This document shows positions 25,740-38,400 of a stretch of 64,000 nucleotides of DNA, piece after piece. The stretch is taken from positions 248,001-312,000 of the forward strand of contig CM082582.2 in the NCBI GenBank assembly GCA_040954595.2, in the 5' to 3' direction. The position numbers and the translations under genes were made by a program. The notes under the pieces were generated by a model. That model worked only from the letters and a program-made list of their open reading frames with translations, was not told where the DNA came from and did no database searches. Within the stretch, counting starts at the first letter, position 1, and each line of letters opens with the position of its first letter. This DNA comes from Balanoglossus misakiensis. Its lineage: Eukaryota > Animalia > Hemichordata.

Positions 25740-25985
25740 TAACATTGCTTGTGTATGTGTAACGGCCATTGTTATCACTGTTGACAAATGAATTCTAGTT
25801 CGGACATGAATTTAAATTTTACACAATAATAATACTGAATATGCACATACATGAAGTGTTGATAAGCTAAACTCTGGATATTTTGTCATGTTTCTGGAGT
25901 TTATACTAGAAACCGCAGCAGATACACAGAGCAATATTACTGAAAACATAGTGAAAAGTTGGAGCTAATGGAGCAGACAGCGTAT
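25740..25985. repeat. Diverged duplicate of ~30900-31095
   Basis: Shared TGTGTAACGGC, AAATGAATTCTAGT, AATACTGA and ACTGAAAACA.AGTGAAAAGTT in the same order. Confidence 0.6.
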
Positions 25986-26278
25986 TGTTCAGTGCTTGCG
26001 TGCCTTTGACTAAGATTATTATTATGTAAATATCACCAACATGTTTTTCATGAATTTCTAGAAATATAGAAATAAATACACTTGACTTATTTTGTCATTT
26101 TTTCCTTGCAAACTCCATTGTCATTGAATGTACGTACATGCGTAAACACACCACTGCTTTAAAACAAAAAGGTGATGGGTTTCGTATTTATTGCGTTGTA
26201 TTCAATTGAACGGACATTTTTTTGGGTGGGGGCGGGGAGGTTCATTATTTCACAGCTTTCCCGAATAGACTTCTTAGT

Positions 26279-26292
26279 GCGCCCTCTTGTGG
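26279..26292 (-). promoter_or_regulatory. CTCF-like motif
   Basis: Minus strand CCACAAGAGGGCGC, close to the CCACYAGRKGGCGC consensus; GC box at ~26229. Motif only. Confidence 0.3.
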
Positions 26293-26595
26293 TGACGTGT
26301 CTTCTGATAATCGGCCAGATAAAACAAATCATTGAAGTGTACCATCACTCTCATCACAAAATCCGCCATCGTTCCCGTTTTTAGATAAACATTCACTGTT
26401 TCGCCCTTTGGTGAAACACGTTAGGAAAATGTATTTTGAGAATAGTATTTCCCTTTCGACATTGATACATTTTGTCAACTGATTGGACCGAGTAAATTGT
26501 TTGAAACGTAGGGCCCTATGGAGTGTTCGGATTTTAACTTCCTTCAGACCCAAGCCCCAGAGAGGAAGAAAAGCGCACGTTCTCATGTATGACAC

Positions 26596-27046
26596 TATAA
26601 TATACCTCATGCTAATACTGTGTTGCGATTCGCCAGAATCGGTCTCGTGATAGGAAAATAGAATCGACTATGAACCGCTAGGGAAATAGCAGAAAAAATA
26701 TAAACCGGTCACGTGACCAGCGTGAGTGTGCAGACTCGGTTACGTCAATCAGCGTCGCGTCGTCTGACACAATGGCCACCGCGGAAGATGTCGTCTGCCA
26801 ACCTCAAGAGAAGATTTTCCCAGCTGTTAGCATGACGTTTATTATAAAACACCTATAGCCTGGCCTATATTCGGGCCATAGCAGCCGTTTTTACCCCCTC
26901 GTAACTGTGAGTTACCAGAATCATATGCTATTTCCCTCGGCCTGCGGCCTCGGGAAATAGCATGTGATTCTGGTAACTCACAGCCCCTCGGGTGTAATAA
27001 ACGGCCGCTATGGCCCTCATGACAAGGCAATAGGTGTTCATTATAA
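26596..27046. mobile_element. Palindromic non-autonomous element (Crypton-like architecture)
   Basis: ~205-bp fold-back 26842-27046 with a 31/32 core stem (26905-26936 / 26952-26983) around TCGGCCTGCGGCCTC; TATAA-type ends; tail contains GGTCACGTGACC. Confidence 0.65.
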
Positions 27047-27958
27047 CACTGTCCACTTTTTATCACCCGTGGGAAGGTTAGGCCTACATCAGCCACGTTG
27101 AGCAAGTCGGATATCCAAAGACCAGACAAGCCGCATATAACAACAGCATTGCTTTACTTTTTTCAAGCTAGGCCACCACCCTATATGCAGTAAAACAGGC
27201 ATAGGCAGTAACATTCTCTATCAATCGATTACTCAGATTTTACAGAGGAAAAAACGTTCACAAAAACAAATAAAAATCAACTTGAATTTGTATTTCCAAC
27301 TTCTTGCACCACGCAAACATAGCCCGACCCATATGAAAACGAAATGTGTTTATTTTATGAGGCCCAATTATTTATGCCTAAATTGTTCATGATGTACGCT
27401 ATAAGCTACAAGCGATGGAAGTTCACTTCAAACCGACCGCCATAATATGACGTACGGCAAGGAAATACCGCCCCAACGCTACGTAAAAAGTATCAGTTAT
27501 ACTAGTACTTTGTTTATTCACAGTTTCGAGTACCACGGGTTTAACGGTTTTGGACAGCGTAATCTTTTCCGACTAGCTTCCAAATAAACTGATAAACTAA
27601 ATCCAAGAGTTCGTGTCGACCTGAAAATTTCCGGACCCGGTGAAGAAAAAAGATGGAAACTTTTTTAAGATAAAAAGGTGGACTGCGGAGGTCTTTCACG
27701 AAACTTAGACTCTTATCACAGGGCGCGGCTAGTGATATTTTGCGAAACAGTGAAACGGCGAAACAGCTTTAATAAAGTAGTCAGAAAAATTAATCTACTG
27801 ACGTAATATTCCCTTGGAATGCACGATTTTTGTGGGGGGGGGGGGGATCGTGAAATTGCCGGGAATTGCCGGGGATCGCCCACTTGAAACATCAGCATGG
27901 GTCGATTATGTTAGATCTCAATGTTAGTGTTCTAAACTCGCTGTGGTTTTCCTGGGCC

Positions 27959-28158
27959 CAGTGATTTATTCAGGGATTTGATACAAAAAGTTGTCGGTCA
28001 GCCATTTTTCTTCTTCTGCCTTTCTCTTACCCTTACTAAGCTTGAGTGTTCCGGTTAGAATCATATCGGTAAGAGAAAGACAGAAGAGCTGACATACAAC
28101 AAACTTATTCAGTTTCTATCATATAAATATTTCTCCACTTTCTCTGAATAAATCGCTG
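27959..28158. repeat. Degenerate fold-back element
   Basis: CAGTGATTTATTCAG/CTGAATAAATCGCTG, GTCAGC/GCTGAC, TTCTGCCTTTCTCTTACC/GGTAAGAGAAAGACAGAA nested symmetrically. Confidence 0.65.
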
Positions 28159-28429
28159 TGCTGGGACATGTTTTAAAAATCATGTAGGCCTACACTATTC
28201 ATGCCAATAAACTGCTACATATACATATTCCGTTCCGTCTGTTCCGCAAATTTATAGTGTAAGTCGCGCGCACACACGACTCTACCACTAGTAGCCTACC
28301 AAGTGACCAGTGCAACTACTACACCAATCTCATAGAGGAAAATTCCAAAAATCAGAAATCTTTATTCCGGACAATTTCAACATTGTTCAGCAACTCAAGA
28401 CAGCTTCCAAATCATACGTCAACTACGGA

Positions 28430-28680
28430 ACATTTAGATCGGTTCAACCAGTATTTTATTCAGAAAATTGATGACATACGTCACCACAAGATCACCACCA
28501 GTCAACCATCACATGTTCGTTTTGGAGTGCCACAGGGTTCAGTTCTTGGCCCACTATGGTAATGCATTACTGTATGGTCTACCAGAAAGCAGTCGGAACC
28601 TTCTACAACGCACACAAAATACAGCTGCAAGAATCATATCTCGGTCCAGGAAGTCTGCCAATATAACGCCAGTGTTTTTA
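28430..28680 (+). mobile_element. Internally deleted L2 LINE relic
   Basis: LDRFNQYFIQKIDDIR, FGVPQGSVLGP and YGNALLYGLP...LQRTQNTAARII...ITPV juxtaposed within 250 bp. Confidence 0.8.
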
Positions 28681-28852
28681 GTAGTTTTATAATTTTATTG
28701 GTATTTCAAAAATGTTGTCCTGTTTTTGTTTTTTTTTGTCTTGGAAGTCCACAAACAGAATTTATTACATTTTCTCAGTGTGAATCTCATTAGAACGACT
28801 TGAAAGTCCACAACAAAACATGTTTTTCCACTGAAATGAGCAGGGTCTAGCA

Positions 28853-28955
28853 TGGCTGTGGAAACGCGGCTGCACCGTTGGAGGTTGGGATATACTGTTG
28901 TACCACCCCCACCCATATCCTAACCCCCAATGGTGCAGCTGCGTTTACAAAGCTA
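28853..28955. mobile_element. 103-bp hairpin MITE with 9-bp TSD (AcademH-like)
   Basis: 41-bp imperfect TIRs; GGTCTAGCA at 28844-28852 and 28956-28964; right end ...AGCTA. Confidence 0.8.
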
Positions 28956-30029
28956 GGTCTAGCAGCCTACCTCCAGGTTCAGACAATATCTCCGACCTGA
29001 GGTGAAGCAGGTTACAGAATTTGCGCCACCAACGGCAGTTTCTGATTTCCACCAACTATTGATATATACTGGTATGAGTGCAACCAACTTGATTCAATTA
29101 GTCTGTTGCCGCCCCCCCCCACACTTTTTGAACACTGTTGACAATACACTCATGAAAGGGGTGAGGTATGGGCCCATAATGTGTTTTGCATTGCTGTGAA
29201 TGGAATTTTGTATCGAATGACATTGGCATTTATCCCCAAATCATTTACTATTTTGTCCATTGCCAACAGATGCCCGCGTTCACAGTTTTGAGAATTTTTA
29301 CCTCCTGCAATATATATTTTGCCGAATTTGAGAGCAATCTCTGTTGCGAGGCAGTTGCATGAAACCTTCTCCCGTCTGAACTAGATGCCAATAAGAGAGG
29401 GTTTTTAGTCACAATGGTCACTTCTGACAAAAGGAACTATTTGTCTGGAAATGAGTTTACAGTGGCAATTCACTAAAATCTCAGTGAGCATAACTGCAGT
29501 TATAGAATTTTAACCAAGCGTATGTTTTCATATCAATGAAAAATACCAGAATGTAAAGGTCATGAGATGGTCACGAAAATGACATAATTGTTCAAGACTA
29601 GAGGATAGCAATGTAAAAAGACAATGCGCCATGGAGTATATTAGTAAGTAACTATTTATTTATTTAAAACAAACCAAGCTTAGTTTTACCAGTTTTAATT
29701 TGAGGAAACAAATATTTTGTAAAAAGATGAACAAATATTTTTCTGACATCACTATTGTCGACAAGCCTCTTGCTTTTCACATCCCTCCAGTTCCAATCCA
29801 AGATCACATGGCCAAGTGTGACAGGGCGATCAACGTATAGGCCTTAGTATCATTCTAAGAGGGTTAGCAGCTTTCATTATGATGGGGCATGTGATTCAGG
29901 TCCCCCCCCCATCTACCTTAGCTGAGCTTTGGATCGCTTCGCCAAAGTTTATATGACAAGGGTGTTAGACCATTCCTTTAACATTAGGCTAGCTATATCG
30001 TTTATATGCCTTAATGAATTAATTAATAT

Positions 30030-30087
30030 GACTGACTGACGAACTGACTGACTGACTGACTGAATGAATGAATGAATCAATCAATCA
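30030..30087. repeat. (ACTG)(AATG)(AATC) tetranucleotide run
   Basis: Direct read. Confidence 0.8.
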
Positions 30088-30346
30088 CCCGACATGGCCT
30101 GGAAGGATTCACCCCCTGTTGAGATGTTGGCACCCCCTAGCAAATTGTCATGGGTGGGGTGGTCAGTGGCCCTTAAAATGATGTCACTCACATGATAGAG
30201 ATATTAATTACATAACTCTTTTCCAGAGTGTGCTCTATTTACACTCTGCACTATATTCAGGTACATGTGTAATGATATTTCAATTACTTTTGGAATCACA
30301 GGACAGTAGAAAGGTTGATTGAACAAAGGATTTGAAATTCACTCAC

Positions 30347-30415
30347 CATGTATTGGAACAGCTCTTACAGACATCACATCATCATTCAACGCTAAATCTT
30401 CGTAACTGTTACATA
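30347..30415 (-). pseudogene. ELAC2: ELAC2-like exon (69 nt, phase 1-1)
   Basis: ttaacag|...|gtgagt; open frame CNSYEDLALNDDVMSVRAVPIH vs recalled human [22 protein letters not shown]. Confidence 0.55.
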
Positions 30416-31262
30416 CTGTTAATATAAATATAATTACTTTTCTTTAAATATCATCCAAATATTACAATGTTTCTAGCAATTTCATAAACTGCATTAATAT
30501 AATACTGTGTGTATGATATATACTTTGTGGATAGGATACAGATCTTTGCTTATTACCAAGAATATAACACCATGTGTTTGGATTTTAAATGCAGTTCGGA
30601 GCTGACTGTGTTGCATTTTGACTGCAAAATTAAAATATTTAGTTACATTTCCTTGCATTTAGTGTTGAAAATGTCACTTTTAGCTTTAAAATGAGCACTG
30701 ATATCTATGGAACTAGGAGAATCGTGCTTTCTATTCTACAACAAACAATATTTACATTTAATCAAACAACAGGAGGATATTTGACAGTCAATCAATAAAT
30801 ATAACATACATATGAGTTGCATGTACAAAACTAGACACATGTATGTATGTGATATTTAAAGAGACATTAACTGTAACACATGCTCTACCCAGAACTCCAC
30901 TTGTCAACATAACCTGTATGTGTGTAACGGCTATTGAAATGAATTCTAGTCCAGACTTGACTTCAAATTTAGAATAACAATACTGACTAGACACACCTAT
31001 ATTTCATCATGATTCAGGGATTTGAACAAGACACTGCAGTAAATACTTAAAACAAAAATACTGAAAACAAAGTGAAAAGTTACAGCTTATGAAGCTTGAA
31101 ATATGTTCAGACACAAGTAGAACAGGCAATGAAAACACATTATTAACATTGGGAAAAACACCCAAAGTTACATGTACTACCGGTATCTCTTTAGTGACAA
31201 AGATGCAACTAAACTAGCATGTATTGTACAACCAATAGTGAAAAGAGTTGAAATGTACATAC

Positions 31263-31330
31263 CAATCTAGGTGGTCCATAGTAGGTCACTTTCTTTGCTG
31301 TGCCTATGTCTCTCAGTGTCAGTGTTAAAC
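31263..31330 (-). pseudogene. ELAC2: ELAC2-like exon (68 nt, phase 1-0)
   Basis: tcttatgacag|...|gtatgt; open frame GLTLTLRDIGTAKKVTYYGPPRL vs recalled human [22 protein letters not shown]. Confidence 0.65.
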
Positions 31331-31454
31331 CTGTCATAAGACAAACCAAATGATTTATATACATGAATATTCAAATGATGTATTCCTTGGCTGTATTGAC
31401 AAACACACTGTCTACATTCTTGAATACTAGTGTGTTACGTATTGACAGCCAAGA

Positions 31455-31757
31455 TTATACACATGATGACTGACAATGAGGGCAACATTGTATTTTTGAT
31501 GATCGAGGGCGCTGCTAGTCACAACTAAAACAGACTGTTTTGGTGTGACTTGCAGTCCTGAGGTCATCAAAAATACACTGTTGCCCGAATATGTCAGTCA
31601 TCATGTGTTGTATAACACACCAAAAACGTAATTATATCAAGACGGGGCAACAGTACTGGGCAGAAACCGATCGAACTGATGCCCTAGGGAACAGTTCGAA
31701 ATGACTTAGGTCACATGACGAATCACGATCGAGGGTTCGCTGCATGGTGTGTTATAA
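31455..31757. mobile_element. Palindromic non-autonomous element (Crypton-like architecture)
   Basis: Fold-back 31455-31615 (ACACATGATGACTGACA/TGTCAGTCATCATGTGT, GGGCAACA/TGTTGCCC, TGTATTTTTGATGA/TCATCAAAAATACA) plus tail ending GGTGTGTTATAA, inverted to TATAACACACC at 31611. Confidence 0.7.
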
Positions 31758-32387
31758 ACTACTTTGTCACACTCCGGGCACGCTGGGAGTGTGGGATCAA
31801 AGTGTGTAAACAAATCAATCCCACACACTCACTGAATCGAAGGCTGTATATGATGTGAGTGCTGATTGGTTGACAAAGTATTCTTTTGCTAACGCACACT
31901 AAATGTTATCCAATGGCACGATGTGTAATATAGGGACAGAGACTAAAACATGCCAGATGAAAGTTTCAGAGAAATTTATTCAATGTTTTTAACGAATTTG
32001 GATAATTTGTGACTGTGTGAGAAATAAGAGTTTGAGATTCTATTAGTCACATATATTTGTAATCAAATCTATGTCTGTTGTCATTTTATTAAACTTGGGT
32101 CATGGAAATATTATAAAACAAGTAACAAATGTTTTATTTCAATTGTACATTGTAACAAGGGTGAATATAATTTATTATCATTTCTGGAATGCTATTCCAC
32201 ACTGTGGGACCAACAAATTCGATTAAAGTCTGACCTAACCGATTGTTATATTTTGGAGGATGATAAATATTGTTATCTCTTGAATGACTGTGATAACCAT
32301 GTTCTATTAGGAAGTGTGTCAGGAACGAAAATAGCAGCCTGTAATTTGAATTGACTGTATATGAGATTAAATTGGATAGCTCGTCTC

Positions 32388-32401
32388 ACGCGCATGCGCG
32401 T
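32388..32401. promoter_or_regulatory. 14-bp palindrome containing an NRF1-type GCGCATGCGC core
   Basis: ACGCGCATGCGCGT in a short CpG-rich patch just before the macrosatellite. Confidence 0.35.
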
Positions 32402-35400
32402 AACTTCCCAGCAAATTTTCCGTTCGATGCATTCAAATAGTGGACTGCCTTCGCTTCCTTCCATATTTCATGCGCAGAGTATAGCGTTCGTTAGCAACGT
32501 TGATCAAGTCAGATTTCCTACGGCATGGCTTGGCTAAAGCCCTGGCACTTTAGAGCAGAAACACGCGTACAGAGACCACGTTGATCTACTCACATTTCCT
32601 TCGGCCTGGCACGGCTGATGCCCCGGCACTATATATAGGACACAGACTGGCGTAAGTTAACAACGGTAATCACGTCGGGTTTCCTACGGCCTGGCTCAGC
32701 TGAAGCCCCGGCACTCTAGAGCAGAAACAGGCGTACATCGACCACGTTGATCAAGTCAGATTTCCTACGGCGTGACTCGGCTGGTGCACCGGCTCTATAT
32801 GACACAGACTGGCGTAAGTTATCAACGGTGATTACGTCGGATTTCCTACGGCCTGGTTTAGCTGAAGCCCCGGCACTTAAGAGCGGAAACACGCGTACAT
32901 TGACCACAATGATCAAGTCAGATCTCCTACGGCCTGGCTCGACTAAAACCCCGGCACACCATGACAGACACTAGCGTTCGTTAGCAACGGTGATCAAGTC
33001 GGATTTCCTTCGGCCTGGCTCTGCAAAAGACCCGACACTCTAGTACAAAGACGTTGGCTAAGTCGGGCAAACCGAAGAGGGAAAGTCACAGCGGTTCAAC
33101 ACTTGACATTTGTTCGGGTAGGACTGCATTATTGCCTGTCAATTTATAGAGAAAGCCCGAATTTAACCAGGGCGTTTCAAACACCGACGTTAGTTGGGGG
33201 CACGGCCTGCAGTACTGCCGGGTAAGCTGACATCGGCGTACCGCATATAATGTAGGGGGGGGGGGGGAACAGAACGGTTCAATACTACATTTATTAGATA
33301 TCAGCTAATTTTGGACAATCATCTAAAATCTAAATCATTTTTTCATATTTGGATATCTGATGATGTATGAAATTTCCATTATATGTAAAAATGGTGCTGA
33401 TTATAAAAAATGCACTCTGAATGAGCTGATTTAATACAAAATTGCGTTTTATTCGTTATTGCACCAAAAAGGTCATTTTTAGGCAAAACATTCTTTATTT
33501 TTTTTAATTCGGTGACCTGATCGTATATAAACAATTGCTTGTATGTTAAAAGTTTTGATGACTTTTCAAAGCAGTGACACTGGCGGCATTCAACACGAAA
33601 ATAACAATTTTAGCCACAATTTGGTCAAAATGGTAAATTTTTGAAAATTACAAAAAATACCTGTTTTATACATTTTCGGAAATCTGATGGAGTATAGAAT
33701 GCTCTTCGTATGTATATATCGATACAAATTCCACAAAAGACCGTGTAATTTGGCTCACTGCAGACAAAATTGCGTTTTACCAAATTTTCCTTGAAAATGT
33801 CATTTTTAGAAGAAAAAAAAAATAAAAAAACCTTTGTTCTTCGAATTTGGTGCCCTGATCATATATGACATGTTGATTGTATGTTAAAACTTTCGACCAC
33901 TCCAAAAATGCAGAGATATTGACGAAATTCAAGAAAAAATAGCCATTTTGGCCATATTTTGACAAAAATGGTAAATTTTTAAAAAATCATAAAAAATTAA
34001 CTCTTTTCTTCATTTTCGGAAATATTATGGAGCATGAAGTGTCGTTCTCTTGTAAAAAGTGCTGCAAATTCCAGAAAAGGTGGTATAATTTGAATCACCC
34101 AAGACAAAATTACCATTTTCGACTTTTTTTTGAAAAATTGTCTTTTTTACAAAATAAATAAGAATAAATTCTTTTCTTAGTTTCAAACGGGTAGAGATAC
34201 TTTCCACACGGGTTTTCTAACATTGAATTCCCGTTCATCAACTCAGATTTCCTACAGCATAAGTCGGCTAAAACCCTGACACTCTAGAGCAGAAACAGTT
34301 GCACACTGGTAACGTTGAACAAGTCGATTTTTCTACGGCCTGGCTCGGCTAAATCTCCGTCACAATATTACAGACACTAGCGTACGTTAGCAACGGTGAT
34401 CAAGTCAGATTTCCTACGGCATGGCTTGGATAAAGCCCCGGCACTCTAGAGCAGAAACACGCGTACAGAGACCACGTTGATCTACTCACATTTCCTTCGG
34501 CCTGGCACGGCTGATGCCCCGGCACTATATATAGGACACAGACTGGCGTAAGTTAACAACGGTAATCACGTCGGGTTTCCTACGGCCTGGCTCAGCTGAA
34601 GCCCCGGCACTCTAGAGCAGAAACACGCGTACATTGACCACGTTGATCAAGTCAGATTTCCTACGGCGTGACTCGGCTGGTGCACCGGCTCTATATGACA
34701 CAGACTGGCGTAAGTTATCAACGGTGATTACGTCGGATTTCCTACGGCCTGGTTTAGCTGAAGCCCCGGCACTTTAGAGCGGAAACACGCGTACATTGAC
34801 CACGATGATCAAGTCAGATCTCCTACGGCCTGGCTCGACTAAAACCCCGGCACACCATGACAGACACTAGCGTTCGTTAGCAACGGTGATCAAGTCGGAT
34901 TTCCTTCGGCCTGGCTCTGCAAAAGACCCGACACGATAGTACAAAGACGTTGGCTAAGTCGGGCAAACCGAAGAGGGAAAGTCACAACGGGTCAACACTC
35001 GACATTTGTTCGGGTAGGACTGCATTATTGCCTGTCAATTTATAGAGAAAGCCCGAATTTAACCAGGGCGCTTCAAACACCGACGTTAGTTGGGGGCACG
35101 GCCTGCAGTACTGCCGGGTAAGCTCACATCGGCGTACCGCATATAATGTAGGGGGGGGGGGGAAACAGAACGGTTCAATACTACATTTATTAGATATCAG
35201 CTAATTTTGGACAATCATCTAAAATCTAAATCATTTTTTCATATTTGGATATCTGATGATGTATGAAATTTCCATTATATGTAAACATGGTGCTGATTAT
35301 AAAAAATGCACTCTGAAAGAGCTGATTTAATACAAAATTACGTTTTATTCGTTTTTGCACCAAAAAGGTCATTTTTAGGCAAAACATTCTTTATTTTATT

Positions 35401-38400
35401 AATTCGGTGACCTGATCATATATAAACAATTGCTTGTATGTTAAAAGCTTTTATGACTTTTAAAAGCAGTGACACTGGCGGCATTCAACACGAAAATAAC
35501 AATTTTAGCCACCATTTGGTCAAAATGGTAAATTTTTGAAAATTACAAAAAATACCTGTTTTCTACATTTTCGGAAATCTGATGGAGTATAGAATGCTCT
35601 TCGTATGTATATATCGATACAAATTCCACAAAAGACCGTCTAAGTTGGCTCACTGCAGACAAAATTGCGTTTTACCAAATTTTCCTTCAAAATGTCATTT
35701 TTAAAAAAAAAAATAAAAAAACCTTTGTTCTTCGAATTTGGTGCCCTGATCATATATGACATGTTAATTGTATGTTAAAACTTTCGACCACTCCAAAAAA
35801 GCAGAGATATTGACGGAATTCAAGAAAAAATAGCAATTTTGGCCATATTTTGACAAAAATGGTAAATTTTTAAAAAATCATAAAAAATTAACTCTTTTCT
35901 TCATTTTCGGAAATATTATGGAGCATGAAGTGTCGTTCTCTTGTAAAAAGTGCTACAAATTCAAGAAAAGGCGGTATAATTTAAATCACCCAAGACAAAA
36001 TTACCATTTTCGACTTTTTTTCGAAAAATTGTCTTTTTTACAAAATAAATAAGAATAAATTCTTTTTTTAGTTTCAAACGGGTAGAGATACTTTCCACAC
36101 GGGTTTTCTAACATTGAATTCCCGTTCATCAACTCAGATTTCCTACAGCATAAGTCGGCTAAAACCCTGACACTCTAGAGCAGAAACAGTTGCACACTGG
36201 TAACGTTGAACAAGTCGATTTTTCTACGGCCTGGCTCGGCTAAATCTCCGTCACAATATGACAGACACTAGCGTACGTTAGCAACGGTGATGAAGTCAGA
36301 TTTTCTACGGCATGGCTTGGATAAAGCCCCGGCACTCTAAAGCAGAAACACGCGTACAGAGAGCACGTTGATCAAGTCTGATCTCCTACGGCTTGGCTCG
36401 ACTAAAACCCCGGCACACTATGACAGACACTAGCGTTAGTAAGCAACGTTGATCAAGTCAGATTTCCTACGGCATGGCTTGGCTAAAGCCCTGGCACTAT
36501 AGAGCAGAAACACGCGTACAGAGACCACGTTGATCTACTCACATTTCCTTCGGCCTGGCACGGCTGATGCCCCGGCACTATATATAGGACACAGACTGGC
36601 GTAAGTTAACAACGGTAATCACGTCGGGTTTCCTACGGCCTGGCTCAGCTGAAGCCCCGGCACTCTAGAGCAGAAACAGGCACACATTGACCACGTTGAT
36701 CAAGTCAGATTTCCTACGGCGTGACTCGGCTGGTGCACCGGCTCTATATGACACAGACTGTCGTAAGTTATCAACGGTGATTACGTCGGATTTCCTACGG
36801 CCTGGTTTAGCTGAAGCCCCGGCACTTTAGAGCGGAAACACGCGTACATTGACCACGATGATCAAGTCAGATCTCCTACGGCCTGGCTCGACTAAAACCC
36901 CGGCACACCATGACAGACACTAGCGTTCGTTAGCAACGGTGATCAAGTCGGATTTCCTTCGGCCTGGCTCTGCAAAAGACCCGACACTCTAGTACAAAGA
37001 CGTTGGCTAAGTCGGGCAAACCGAAGAGGGAAAGTCACAAAGGGTCAACACTCGACATTTGTTCGGGTAGGACTGCATTATTGCCTGTCAATTTATAGAG
37101 AAAGCCCGAATTTAACCAGGGCGCTTCAAACACCGACGTTAGTTGGGGGCACGGCCTGCAGTACTGCCGGGTAAGCTCACATCGGCGTACCGCATATAAT
37201 GTAGGGGGGGGGGGAAACAGAACGGTTCAATACTACATTTATTAGATATCAGCTAATTTTGGACAATCATCTAAAATCTAAATCATTTTTTCATATTTGG
37301 ATATCTGATGATGTATGAAATTTCCATTATATGTAAACATGGTGCTGATTATAAAAAATGCACTCTGAAAGAGCTGATTTAATACAAAATTACGTTTAAT
37401 TCGTTTTTGCACCAAAAAGGTCATTTTTAGGCAAAACATTCTTTATTTTATTAATTCGGTGACCTGATCATATATAAACAATTGCTTGTATGTTAAAAGC
37501 TTTTATGACTTTTAAAAGCAGTGACACTGGCGGCATTCAACACGAAAATAACAATTTTAGCCACCATTTGGTCAAAATGGTAAATTTTTGAAAATTACAA
37601 AAAATACCTGTTTTCTACATTTTCGGAAATCTGATGGAGTATAGAATGCTCTTCGTATGTATATATCGATACAAATTCCACAAAAGACCGTCTAAGTTGG
37701 CTCACTGCAGACAAAATTGCGTTTTACCAAATTTTCCTTCAAAATGTCATTTTTAAAAAAAAAAATAAAAAAACCTTTGTTCTTCGAATTTGGTGCCCTG
37801 ATCATATATGACATGTTAATTGTATGTTAAAACTTTCGACCACTCCAAAAAAGCAGAGATATTGACGGAATTCAAGAAAAAATAGCAATTTTGGCCATAT
37901 TTTGACAAAAATGGTAAATTTTTAAAAAATCATAAAAAATTAACTCTTTTCTTCATTTTTGGAAATATTATGGAGCATGAAGTGTCGTTCTCTTGTAAAA
38001 AGTGCTGCAAATTCAAGAAAAGGCGGTATAATTTAAATCACCCAAGACAAAATTACCATTTTCGACTTTTTTTCGAAAAATTGTCTTTTTTACAAAATAA
38101 ATAAGAATAAATTCTTTTCTTAGTTTCAAACGGGTAGAGATACTTTCCACACGGGTTTTCTAACATTGAATTCCCGTTCATCAACTCAGATTTCCTACAG
38201 CATAAGTCGGCTAAAACCCTGACACTCTAGAGCAGAAACAGTTGTACACTGGTAACGTTGAACAAGTCGATTTTTCTACGGCCTGGCTCGGCTAAATCTC
38301 CGTCACAATATGACAGACACTAGCGTACGTTAGCAACGGTGATGAAGTCAGATTTTCTACGGCATGGCTTGGATAAAGCCCCGGCACTCTAAAGCAGAAA

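Noticed and set aside
26700-26840. E-box/CRE promoter with ATGGCCACC start
   Set aside because: Lies inside the palindromic element; a similar motif is in the related element at 31.7 kb; the frame runs into the hairpin.
29302-29423. Further ELAC2 exon (GEGFMQL resemblance; open exon-like segment)
   Set aside because: Similarity too short and not in the expected frame or order.
32747-32974. 81-bp monomer as a 27-aa coding repeat, or as 5S rRNA (CCTACGGCC)
   Set aside because: Most monomers have an in-frame TAG and some are 85 bp; the 5S match does not extend beyond ~9 nt.
33357-33372. CTGATGA-TGTAT-GAAA hammerhead in each macrosatellite unit
   Set aside because: No pairable stem II and no evident stems I/III.
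33777-34207. Recurrent short minus-strand ORFs in the AT-rich block
   Set aside because: Low-complexity F/K-rich translations that appear and vanish with homopolymer length.
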